This document shows, one piece after another, positions 12,323-24,142 of a stretch of 64,000 nucleotides of DNA (its first letter is position 1; each line of letters begins with the position of its first letter). The DNA is taken from the NCBI GenBank assembly GCA_002104905.1, contig MCFE01000064.1, forward strand, positions 127,283 through 191,282, in the 5' to 3' direction. A program made the translations under genes and the position numbers. Origin of the DNA: Basidiobolus meristosporus CBS 931.73 (lineage: Eukaryota > Fungi > Basidiobolomycota). The notes under the pieces are model-generated. The model ran no database searches. It was not told the DNA's origin and saw nothing but the letters and a program-made list of their open reading frames with translations.

Positions 12323-13736
12323 CTATCTTCTAACAAAGTGAGCGAAGTTAAGATTGTACCCCTCAAACTCGTAAAGAATACGATCGGTCTTGCGATATCC
12401 CTTGATGTCATGGATGTAAATGCTTTTCGGCGGTGCGACCTCCGAGTCTCCCTCATAGTTGGCACGCGAGCGAGCCTGGTTGCCACGACGGTCGTGGTGG
12501 TAGGGGGTGTAGACGCGGGAATGATTGTTTACCGAGTCGGGGTGGTGTCGCTGGATGTTCTCAAAGTGAGTCTCGACGTGAGAGTTGAAGACGGTCACGG
12601 TGAATTTCCCGGGCTGGAATACGTCGGTGACCTGCTTGATCAACTGCGATAGCGCCTTGGACTCGGATACATCTTCGCCCTTGGCCAGGGGCACGGTGGT
12701 CTCGAAACTGGCGTACGAGCAGGACTCTTCGGGAGTAACATGGATGGTGTAATAGTTCTTGTTGATCAGCCCATTCAGTGAGAACCCACAGGGCGAGAAA
12801 AGGTAGGAGTCGGTTAATGGCGTCGTCATAGATCGAGCCCAAACCCGTGATCTTCTCAACGTCCTTGCCTCCTGGTCCAGCCTCAGGCTGATTAGCCTCG
12901 GCGTGATGATAGAACTTGTCCATTGCCTTGGGGCACAGCTCGGTCATCAAGATCTCGACGGTTACATCGTCCATATCGTCATCATCCTCCACCAGACTCT
13001 GATAGGCGGGTTCCGCAGGAGCCTGTCCTTCGATCTTGATGCAGTTGTCCTGGGGTGGCGTGAGATACAAGAACCAATGGTCGCCGTTGGTTTTTCCAAC
13101 TGTATACGCGGCACCGTTGTTGAACCAGCCATCCAGATATGCAACCTCATCGGACCAATTACGATGAGGGGCTTTCTGAAGGTCGGGGAACATGAAGCTC
13201 TTGCGCGAGTAAAACACGCGCCATACCCTGACCAAGCCCAGTGACGAGGCAATCTCAATGATGCGCGGTACAGCAGCCAGCAGGGTGGTGGTTCCACAGG
13301 TCTTGAGGATCAGCTTGTGAGGATAGACAAACATGGAGGATTCACTGAGAAGATACGAGTCTACTTGCTCGTTCTTGATAAGGCTCAACACCTGGCAATG
13401 GACCAACTCAAGCATATCCTCCCACACTTTCCGGGAGACGGTCCGCAGGCCGTATCTATCGTAGGTATCATCAAACTCCTGCTCAAGATCAACTCTAGAG
13501 GTCCCGTTAGGTGAGTAGCAGATCTGACGAGCTCCGAGAGAGCTGTCGTCCGGTGAGCTAGACAATGACGGGGTGGATGAGTTGGATCGGAGCTGTTGAC
13601 GAACAGACTCGGCGCTTGGGCTGAACCAAAGCTCAAGAAGCTTTTCGGGTCCTTCAAATTGGCCCGTGTAGTATTCTTCGGAGCTCGAAGCAGGTTGGAA
13701 GCTGCTGTTAAGGTGAGCGATCTCTTCGAGTTTCAT
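12323..13736 (-). CDS. SPE2: S-adenosylmethionine decarboxylase proenzyme with a 1-nt frame break at ~12814
   Basis: FEGPEKLLELWF, LSESSMFV self-cleavage site, LKTCGTT; the C-half (DSYLFSPCGFSLNG, TIHVTPE, SYASFET) is in another frame and is restored by removing one base. Confidence 0.92.
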
Positions 13737-13882
13737 GTTATTGCTGTGTGGCTGGGAAAATAGGAACTTTTTTCGGTGTTTTTCGTATAAATGTGCCGTC
13801 GTAAGTCAAATGAGATGTGACGGATAGATGAGTGGATTAATTAATTAGTCAGTCAGTAGGTACTATTGAAGGCTCGGGAGCG

Positions 13883-13972
13883 CTATCGCAAGAAGTTCGA
13901 GAAGTGAAGTCGGAATGGCAAGTCCAATAGAAAACGTGAGGATGGATATCTCTGGTTTGGACCAGAATGCAT
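13883..13972 (-). promoter_or_regulatory. Candidate upstream ORF (29 aa, MHSGPNQRYPSSRFLLDLPFRLHFSNFLR) in the AdoMetDC leader
   Basis: Only ATG I found in ~360 nt upstream of the SPE2 start; stop 146 nt before the main ATG. Confidence 0.45.
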
Positions 13973-15094
13973 AGCAGGGAGGTGAGGGAGTCTTTTGCTG
14001 TTTGGTTTCGAGAACCGAGGAAATTAGAGCACGAAGTTACGAAGCCGCTTGCTAGTGATGACAAGGTAACTGCAACCGTCTGTTTTGACTACCTGAATCA
14101 AGATGATGGTGAACAAAAGCCCTAAACGAGATATGGCATTTCCGACTTGAAGCCAGGACGGAAGCAATTTGCGACAACACTTCAATTTATATGAAGTCGA
14201 CTTAAAAAAAAATCACCCATGAAATGCCATTGAAATCACATATTTTTTTTGCCTGAAATTCCAACCTTATGCCCAAGACCAGCTGTCTGGTCAAAATTTG
14301 GCTTGAACTATCGTTGAGAATAGCTTCATAACGTTCCAATTTATTCCTGCTTCACAAGAACCCTGAAACTGTTAAATACTAGATATGTCTATTGAAGCGA
14401 TGTTTTCGAGTTTATCAGTTGCCACTGAATATTCTATCGAATCGTCCCTTCGCCTATTTTGTCAGATGCGAACCTATGTGCCTTTTCCTAAAAATGCGAG
14501 GAATGTCCAATCAGGTGCGAGAATTCGATAATCTGAAGATTCTAACCTCCGATACATGTGTGTCACCTCAGCCAGATTGTTTGTTAATCATCCTTCGTGT
14601 CGTCATGATGCTTATCATCCTCCTTCCTAGTGGAAAAAAGATTTTGCCTGCCTCTTGATCCCAGAAAGGAATATCTACACTATCTGACCGATGCTATCCA
14701 TAGCAGAATTCCATCACGTGACAGAATCTGGGCGAGCTTGCGTTTCTAAACCTCAGACGGATTGTTTCTATGAAGTTTGATTTGTATGGCTTTTTTGAAG
14801 GGGCTTAGGCAGAGACACATTGCTCATTACTAATGTGATTTAACTTGGATTCCCGTTTTGTCACTTGCGACAAGTATACTTAGGGCCTGTGGGATTACTA
14901 ATGGTTAGCCCAATTAATTCCTTGGCTTTACAATCATTTGATTACCGTATTTATTTAGCAATTCAGTCACCATTCTGGCAAGTTGAACTTACTAATCCAA
15001 ATTCCGTCAAGCTTGTGTAGAACTCTTTATAAGCTCATATGCCTATGTCCCAAACAGCACAAGTTGCTTCTCCCACTTTAGAATCTATAGAAAT

Positions 15095-16122
15095 ATGCAC
15101 GCATCAGTTGTAAGTACTCAGATTGCTTTGAGTGTACCCACCCTGCTTCTAACTCGTGGGATTTCAATTAGATTATCATCGGCTCCGGTCCCGCTGGTCA
15201 CACCGCAGGTATTTACACTGCAAGAGCCAACTTGAGCCCAGTAATGTTTGAGGGTATGCTCGCTGGTGGTGTGGCTCCCGGTGGTCAACTAACCACCACC
15301 ACCGAGATCGAAAATTTCCCGGGATTCCCTGGCGTCATCACAGGTCCAGAATTGATGGACAACATTCGCAAGCAGTCAGAGAAATTCGGTACCGAGATCA
15401 TTACCGAAACAATCACTCGTGTGGATTTCTCCGCTCGACCATTCAAGGTTTGGAGAGAGGGGGCCGACTCTGCTAATGATGAACCCGATACTGCAGACGC
15501 CATCATCATCGCCACAGGCGCTACCGCCAAGCGTCTGTTTATCCCCGGCGAAGACGTTTACTGGCAAAATGGAATCTCTGCCTGCGCTGTCTGCGATGGC
15601 GCCGTCCCAATCTTCCGCAACAAACCTTTAGCCGTGGTTGGTGGTGGTGACTCTGCTGTTGAAGAGGCCATCTTCTTGACAAAATACGCCTCCAAGGTGT
15701 ACGTGCTCGTCAGACGCGACAAACTCCGTGCTTCTACAATCATGGCCAATCGCCTCATGAAGCACCCTAAAGTAGAGATCTTGTGGAACACTGCACCCAT
15801 GGAAGCAAAGGGTGATGGTAGCTTGTTAAGAAGCTTAACTCTTCAAGATACCAAGACACTGGAGACTCGTGATCTGGAGGTCAACGGACTCTTCTATGCT
15901 ATCGGACACAAACCCAACACCGATGCTTTCAAAGGCATTGTGGATCTTGATAGTGATGGCTACATCAAGGTGGTTCCTGGCACTACACACACTAATATCG
16001 AGGGCGTCTTTGCTGCTGGTGATGTCCAAGACCGCCGCTACAGACAGGCCATTACCGCTGCTGGTTCCGGCTGCCAAGCTGCCTTGGATACCATCCAATT
16101 CTTAGAATCGCAGGAAGAGTAA
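15095..16122 (+). CDS. TRR1: Thioredoxin reductase (exons 15095-15109, 15172-16122)
   Basis: MHASV/IIIGSGPAGHTAG after a 62-nt intron; CAVC active site; GGGDSAVEEA; GVFAAGDVQD. Confidence 0.96.
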
Positions 16123-16573
16123 AGCACCTCAAATACCCCGGATATCCGCACACCAACCATCGCTTAGTTTTAGTTGGAGCCTTTATAATATGTAATTTGA
16201 ACTTGATGCAATAAATTGATTAATTGATCCACGCTTGGTGTATTCACCGTATTCTGGTAGAGCTTCGTGACTGCAATATATCCGAGAAATTATATATTAA
16301 GTTATGATGTCCGAAGCTGGCAGTGTGGACTAGTACAAATGGGTGTAAGAGATGCGAAGGGAAGACAAAACTTCGGATTTCTTCTATCGTAGATGAAAAA
16401 GACGGATTCTGAAAAGTATACACATTCGTGAGCCAACGTGCCATTCTCTATGAATGTCCATGTAGATAGCCAGCAGTTGTTGGATGGAGTAGCGAGGTAG
16501 TTAACGTTATACATGAAGTTGCGGGATGTAGTATATATTTGTACTGGGCGAAGCAAAATGTGGGATTCCGAAG

Positions 16574-18743
16574 TCACTGCACTGCAGGTAAAACTTCCAG
16601 CGAGCCATCAATTAGGCATTGTTTCCGAGCACTTCTGGTGTACCTTCCGTTGTATGTCATCGATTGCTCCATCATTTTCAAATACTGCTGACCTTGCTTG
16701 GAGTTGAGCGAGATAGCAGACAACGTAGTATCGAGAACATTTTGGATTTTTTGGGATGAATTGAACTGGGATGCCAACTCTCGAATATGCCTTGAAGGGT
16801 CTTCAATAGCGTACTGTGAAATTCCCACTTCTGCAGTATTCGGTGGTGTTGAGGGCGCGCTTGAATCATTGGAGACTGCACATTGCGAGGAAGTTCGTGA
16901 GTTGATTGAATGCTCTTGTTTGATGTTTCGTAAACAAATGGTACCTGTGGATTGGCTTGAGAGATTCTCCAACTGGCCATCCTCGGTGGTAATCACGTCA
17001 ACAAAGCTATTGATCTCAACATCTGTGCTATGTGTCTTGGGCACTTGTTCTTTCGACCTTTTTTTCCTGGAAGTCTTGGGCAACTTCTTTGGTTTCTTTG
17101 TTGCCGCTTTTTTGTCAGTGTTTGATGATGTCCTCTTCCGCTTTGCTAATGAAAAACATTAATAAAACTCACCAGAAATACAACATCTCATGAGACTTAC
17201 TTGAGCAATCGACCGCGACCTCTCGTTTTCTAATAATTATTTTAGGTATGGAGTTCATCTTCGAAGACTGACGAGGAGACATCCTTCTGGATACAATAAC
17301 GTACTCCTCTTTCGTCTTCTCTTTCTTCGGAGAATGCTTCTTAGCCGCCGTAGTCTTTGTAGTATTCGTGTTGACAGTTTTGAGAGGCTGTCGTGCTGCT
17401 TTGGTGGTTTGCTTTTTTGAACATTTCGACGGCGTTTTAGCCGATACCTTGGACGTTGCTGGAGATATTTTCTCCGCACCTGTCGGCGATAATACTGGAA
17501 TACTAACGATTGGGCTTTCCACTTTAGGAGGCGCGATGTCATCTAGTGCCAATTTGAGATCTGACTCTAACAAGTCTATGGCAGAGTCAACGTCTCCCAT
17601 AAGATGGTAATCAATGATGTTGCCCCATTCACTGGCAGTTGGAGGAACTCGGTTGATATAAATGACTTTTCCGATCTTCGACTCGTGAACTCTCCCGGCC
17701 ATTTCCTTCACAAGTTTTTTGATTCCGGATACCTTCAATGACGTGCCCATTATAATCAATAAATCGGGATTTCTTCTGATATCAAATGCACTGAGTTGGC
17801 CGATATGATCCTGTTATAAGTAAACGTAAAGTAAGCACATGGCTCATATATTGCGAAAATCGCGAATTCAAGTAGTAGTTGGCAATATGACATACCCCTT
17901 GAGGATGATGCTCGTTGTAAAGGACAATGCTCGGACGAAGGAACCCGGTAGCTTTGGATCTTTTTCCAACAATATCTCGGATGATCCCTAACTCTCTGCA
18001 ATTCGGACACGGGGGTGCTGTTCCCTCTTTGAATTGCTGCTGATATTTCTCGGTAAAGCGGTATTGCGCATGACAAATGGTGCATACAACATACTCCATG
18101 CTGCCATGGAGTTGAACGGCACGTGTAAAGAGCTTATTGCTCACGTCGAAGTCAGTCTCCAGACCGGCCTGCTTTTCAAGGCAATCTATGTTTTGTGTGT
18201 AACAGCGAAGTAATTTCCCCTTCTGGTCCAGCTCTTTTAGAAACCTGTGAGTTCGAGTATATTTCGCCTTGCCGACTACGTCCTTGAATTCCCCCATGAA
18301 ATGGAAAAATAGTTGTGTAGAAACTGGGTCCTGGTTTGTAAAGATAGGTTGGAATACAGTCAACGACAGAGTAAATACTGGAATAAAAGATTACTTTGAA
18401 CAGCGTAGCATCAAACAAATCTCTTCCACTCATAATGGCCTTGGGATATTTATGCTTCAATAGCTCAAATAATCCATCTGCAGAGCGAAAATCCTTAAAG
18501 TAGGGGTTTAGAAGGAAGAACATAGCGGGTGTTCCAAGAGTGTAAACTTACAGGAATACCGGAAGCCACTGATATACCAGCACCTATACCAGAACGTTTT
18601 TAGAGGCCAGCTAGTACATATAGAGCGCGAAACTAAGAGCTACCTGTAATTACAATGCAACGCTTACACCTGTGCAATAAATCCCGAGTTAAGGTCAGGG
18701 TTTCTAAAGACTCTGAGAGGTTGTTCAGAGTGACGCTTTTCAT
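16574..18743 (-). CDS. NAD-dependent deacetylase, Hst3/Hst4-type sirtuin (multi-exon)
   Basis: Spliced GAGISVASGIP/DFRS, YTQNID, QLHGS, CTIC..CPNC zinc module, LRPSIVLYNE, MGTSLKV; long basic low-complexity C-terminus; exact downstream exon boundaries not all verified. Confidence 0.88.
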
Positions 18744-19904
18744 ACTAATATATGAAAGAAGACAGCAAAATTAAAAAGCTCTATGAGCCAAACGAACACG
18801 AAAAAAAGGAAGAGGATTAACGGGGAAGCTCGTAAAGAAGTTGCGCGAAATATAGGTTCAACGGGCCGGTTAAAAAGTATAGTATATATGTATGAATGTA
18901 TGTATATATATATAAATAGGGATAATTTGAAGCACAACGTAGCTTCAAATACGAACACTTGTTAAACCACAAGATATACAAATCGAGCTTAAAGGAAGGG
19001 ATAGGTAGTTAAGAAAGATGTGATCGACAATTGAGATCTTAATGTGAAAAAAAAGGGAAAATATATTAAGGGTTTAGGATCAATCATTTCCTCTCCTAAG
19101 CAGATGACTGGGAATTTAGCCTAGTTCTCGTCCAGCTATTGGCCGATATATCTCACAGTAGAAACATTTCGATTTTACTAATAGTTTCTTCATAATTTTA
19201 TCTTCTAATTGGATAATAATTGCCGACATGTGTTTCCTACAGCTGTGAGCCAATCATTGACTGTTGAGTTAGGGAGACTGTTAATTTAGCTATTAGGATA
19301 TGACCATTTGTCAAAATTTGACTTAGTCAATGCATTTACATTTTCATTCTAGACCCTTAGTCAAATATATGAGTTTAATGAAATAGTGCACACAAAGCAT
19401 ATACTCAATGTTCAATTGCCATATTTCAAAATCTTGTGGATCATTCAGTATCAGCCCCAAATTTGCAGTTTGTAGACCTAGCTGTCATTATCATTCGGTC
19501 ATACGACATCTAAGGCATAGCATTTTATACAAGCAATTTGGCAGTTGAATGGCAAGGCGTCTACCAGATATCAATCAATGGCTCAGTTTCTTGTTGGCGA
19601 CACAATGTAAATGCGACAAGTGACCAAGAATGTACATCATATAGTACTTCGTCTTTACCGTGATGTGGTAGGATATATACACTGCCTAATGTAAACCTGT
19701 CCCAAGGTCATAAATCGGAGGCTAAATGGCACCCAGGTATGTCGGTGATCGTTCACGTACATAAAACAATTTTGATATTATGGAAATTTCCGAATCGCCG
19801 TTTAATTCGAACATAGAGAAGTAAATGTGAATGATAGATGCAAAAGGGTCTATGTGAGGTAACCGTGCTGGAAGATAGGCTGACTTAAGGTGGGTTCCAG
19901 CTAC

Positions 19905-20270
19905 TTATTTCTTCTTCATGCCGGCGCGCTTGCCTTCACCTAAAGAACGTAATATATTCAATTTAGCCATTGACACTCCTCAAATCAAACATTAATCCTT
20001 TTTACCCTTCTTTGGTGCACCCTTTCCTCTTCTCTTCTTTCTAGAAATCTCCTCTCTTCTTTCTACGGCATCGTAGTCAATTAAATTCAATTCCGGGAAG
20101 GCCTTGGTGATGGTAGATAATTTAGGCCCTGGCTGAGGGTAGTAGCTACTGACGGTGGGGCCCTTCAACCTTTGTTTAAGAACGCTGGTGCCGATTCTGG
20201 CACCAGTAGGGTTGTACACATTGCCGAAGATTTCAGAAGAAAGCTTCAATACCTCTTGAAGTCTACTCAT
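19905..20270 (-). CDS. RSM27: Mitochondrial ribosomal protein mS33 (exons 20270-20006, 19939-19905)
   Basis: IFGNVYNPTGARIG..LKQRLKGP..YYP and RGKGAPKK; a 66-nt intron gives the C-terminus GEGKRAGMKKK. Confidence 0.9.
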
Positions 20271-20559
20271 GCTTACCAGGCAATGTCAATGAAATATGAT
20301 AAAGAGCCAAAGATTTTCAAAGGCTATAATCGTGGTCAATGGAAGTTCGATTACCATTTTCCAATACGAACAAGCAAAATTTTTAGGGCCGAGTCACATG
20401 ATTGTCCGAAACATTGACGGCTCAATCGCTGGGTCAAAGTTCATCAAATTCATTATCATTTGTGAATAAACAGGAGTTTAATTACGCAATCGAATAGCAA
20501 TCATCTTCTGACATGTATTTAGTGAGTTGTTGCACCTTTTCCTAGTGGCAATTGCTACA

Positions 20560-21276
20560 ATGTCGGATACTTGGGAGCTTTATTACTGGCCTGGTATGCC
20601 AGGCCGAGGCGAATTCATGAGGCTCTTGTTCATCGAGACTTCAACTCCATTCAAAGACGTATACGCAGGCGAGGATTGGACTGCGGTTGGGAAGGTCAAC
20701 TATCAGTTATCGAAAGAATTCTTCGCTTTGCCTACTATTAAGCATAATGGATTCATGTTATCACAAACGCCAGTTATCTGTAGATATCTAGCGGTGAAGC
20801 TTAACAATGGAGTCCTTTATCCTAAGGAGGAGCTGTTAGGATACCAGGCTGAGATGATTATGGCAGGGATAGTAGATTTAACTGCTGAAGGGCACGACGC
20901 CTGGCATCCAATTGACAAAAATGCAACCTATGTCTCGCAAAAAGAACAAGCCAAACCATTTATTGAGTACTACGAAAAGAAGAGACTGCCAAAATGGTTT
21001 TCGTTCTTCGAAAAAGTGCTGGCCGAGAATGAGAAAAAGTACCCTAGCTTTGATGAAGGTGGGCCTTTCTTGGTGGGTGAGAGTATCAGCTATGTTGATT
21101 TGTGTATGTTTCACATACTGGATGGAATAGAGTTTCAGTGTCCAGAAGCTTATGCATTCATAGACGTGCCCAAATTGAAAAATCTCAAGACAAGAATACA
21201 AAATCGTCCGAAGATTAAGCAGTATCTCGAGTCTGCTCAAAGATCCCGCTTTACTGGTACTGGTCCCATTTTTTGA
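20560..21276 (+). CDS. Glutathione S-transferase
   Basis: LYYWPGMPGRGEFMRL, LPTIKHNGFMLSQTPVICRYLA, ISYVDLCMFHILDG (GST N-capping box); intronless. Confidence 0.9.
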   Translation: MSDTWELYYWPGMPGRGEFMRLLFIETSTPFKDVYAGEDWTAVGKVNYQLSKEFFALPTIKHNGFMLSQTPVICRYLAVKLNNGVLYPKEELLGYQAEMIMAGIVDLTAEGHDAWHPIDKNATYVSQKEQAKPFIEYYEKKRLPKWFSFFEKVLAENEKKYPSFDEGGPFLVGESISYVDLCMFHILDGIEFQCPEAYAFIDVPKLKNLKTRIQNRPKIKQYLESAQRSRFTGTGPIF

Positions 21277-22480
21277 TGGAATAAACACAAAAGTGCAGTG
21301 GAGGAATTGTTGATGTGTTTGGCGTTTGGATGGTTGATATGGTAGTGTGTATGCGTGGGTGGTTTGACGCATGAGCTTACTCTGCATTGCTGTTGATTGC
21401 TGCTGATCACAGCCAGATCAAGAAATCATTGGCTCGTGGAGAATTATTGATAAGTGCTCACTTACATCAGCATTACCCTTCAACAGTGTCAGCAGATTGG
21501 GGAATGTCGGAATCATGTCGTATATTCTCCACGACAACCTCCACATCCACACTCACGCCAGCAAATGATCTGAATGGTCCAATATTCAACCATTCCGCAA
21601 TCCACCCTGGTTGAGGCTGTCTCTGGCTTGGTGGCGAGGGCCACATATAAAGAGCATATATCCCACCAGCTCTCTCTTTCCCCACTCTTCCCACCTTCCC
21701 ACCTTCCCACCTATTAAGCAATACATCAGCCACATCATAGAACTAGTAATACATAACACAGATATGAAGCGATCCCCTCAAAATCCGGCTTGCAAGGAGT
21801 ACTACACGCCAGTGTGTGAGGCTCTGAAGAGGAGAGAAAAGCAAAGTCGAGTTAGACGACCACCCCACTCGAAATCAGGAGATACTGTAAGTGCGAATAT
21901 TTATGGACGAATCGCTGGTTAGTACAAAGGGCTAAACTGAACGCCACCTAACCCCTTCAGCGTGCAAGAAGGAGAAGTAGTGCCTCCGCCACACTGAGTG
22001 AACAGGCACTGGAGTTGCTGCAGAAGGAAGCATTTATGGAACTACGAAGGCAAATCCAGGGCTACAACGAACAACTAGTTGCACGGATGAGATATGTTGA
22101 AGCACTTCCTCTTGAGGAGCAACACTCCTGGCTTGAGGCGATTGTGCGACAAGACCAGCACATGGACGAGGATGAGGATGTTGAGATTCTCATTGAGGCC
22201 ATGCAGGAGTCGGCCACAACCAAGGACTACTCGGCGATCACAGAGTGGCAGGAAAGCAGAGCATGTGAGCCCAATGAGTGGTTGAGCATATCGAGCGAAG
22301 AGTGGAGCAATTATATGCAGTAGCCATCTCAAAAAGGAGACTAGTGTAAATATTAGGCCAGTTTCAATCAGCTGGTAGGAGAGATAGGCACCCACATGTA
22401 TTGCACACCACTACCCATTGATTGACAATAGTCCTTGGTAGAACTTTGTATTATACATTATACTTGTAACTATATCAAAG
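21250..22480 (+). repeat. Segmental duplication copy 1 (direct repeat of ~32160-33400)
   Basis: Near-identical promoter, exons, intron and 3' flank; similarity decays toward both edges. Confidence 0.9.
21764..22323 (+). CDS. Small hypothetical protein, 161 aa, copy 1 (exons 21764-21886, 21961-22323)
   Basis: 74-nt GTAAGT...CAG intron splices in frame; basic N-half, coiled-coil-like middle, acidic C-half; intact in both duplicates. Confidence 0.75.
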
Positions 22481-24142
22481 CATTTATTTACACATTCCTT
22501 GAAATTTACTTCTATGGTAGCTGATCAAGTGGATATCATTCAGAAGAACAAAGTTAACCACTTGAAACAATGCTTTCATTAGTAACAGATATGGATGTTA
22601 TCAGATTTTCAACTGGAGCTTTAGATCTTATAGCCATTATGGCAGGTTCTCAGGATATGAGCTTTCTCTAAGCTACATAGACATGTTGCAATATTCTGAG
22701 GAGTATTGGAAGTGATGTGGAGAACTAGAGGATTTACTTTTTATTCACTTGTATATTTATTGATCAAATACTTTTGATAAAGTAGAGCAAACAAACATGC
22801 AGAGTCTGTTAAGGAAGGTCCCAAGAATATGTGTGCAAAGCTTGGAGGCTTTTGGACAACTTTAAGAAAGATCATAATCTGGGTACCTGATAATTTGGTG
22901 ATAACATTTCAAGTAAATCCCAAAAAAAATTTGGCCAGGACAAAATGCTAATCAAAGAATAAAATCTGTGTGACTAAGTCAGCATGAATATTTAGGTGGC
23001 AACTTAATAATTACAACAAAGCAAACTACTTTGGGTGCAGGAATCTTAGAGATACTGCTGGCAATTGGGAAACAGGCAAGTTAGGTGGCTTTCATTCAAC
23101 AACTTACTGAACACCAAAGAGGCATCTTAACTTTTACAGGGTCTTGAGTATCAACTTTAGTTCTTATCATTGCTTACTAAAGCATGCTCATTCTTCCTCC
23201 TATCAAATCCTAGCTTTTTTAAGAGTGCCGGCTTAAGTCATAGCTTTAAAGTAAACTTTAGACATCAGTAGGTCCAGCAACTGCTAGTATCAGACAGATG
23301 GAAACACACCTTGTTGCCACTTCAAAGGTTTTAGTATAGTCCAGTCTATTTGTTTCAGAGGTCCTTTTGCAACAAATTGCTTTTGTTGTTAGTTTTGTAT
23401 TTACACCTGAATACTCACTTATCTTGGTCATTTATAATTATTACTTATAAATCTTAAAGAATTCTGTTCAAATTCCTTGACAGAACTTACTTGGAATGAT
23501 TTCACCAAAATATTGGATACCCAAAGCATAAGATTTTCAAAGCTATCTAAAAAACCCTAAACCTTGCACACATATTCTTGGGACCTTTCTAAGCATATGG
23601 AGTGTGTTTGTCTTAAGACAATGTCAAAATATATATACAACTTTTACATTGAACTATCATTAAGTGAAACCACATATTCTACTTATTCTCCAATCACTTC
23701 CAATATCTTCAAGCTTTACAATAGGCTATGAGCTCCAAGCTGTCACTCACTACAATGTCTTCTGCTACTATTACCAAAATGTTTCCCTCTGCTGAAAAGT
23801 TGGATGGATCCAACTACCAAGTCTGGAAGGTAAAGATGAAGATGCTATTACAGTAAGAGGCCTTTGGATATTGTTATGGGAGAAAATGCCCTCCTAAAGG
23901 TGTAAGAGAAGAAGCCTTAGAGTACCAGAAGAAAGAGAAAAGTGCCTTTAACTGCATTTGCCTTGACATTAGAGACAAATTACTAATTCAATGCTCACAA
24001 GCAAAAGTCACAAAGAGTGACTGAAGGCACCAGAAAACACCTACCAGTCATGTTCAGCTACCAAGCAAATATATCTTAGACAAAAACCTCTTACTACCAA
24101 GATGCTCCTTGGAGGAGATATAAAAAATTGGACTGACTCAAT

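Noticed and set aside
12323-21276. Possible functional cluster (AdoMetDC, TRR1, sirtuin, GST)
   Set aside because: Interspersed with unrelated housekeeping genes; no evidence of shared pathway or regulation
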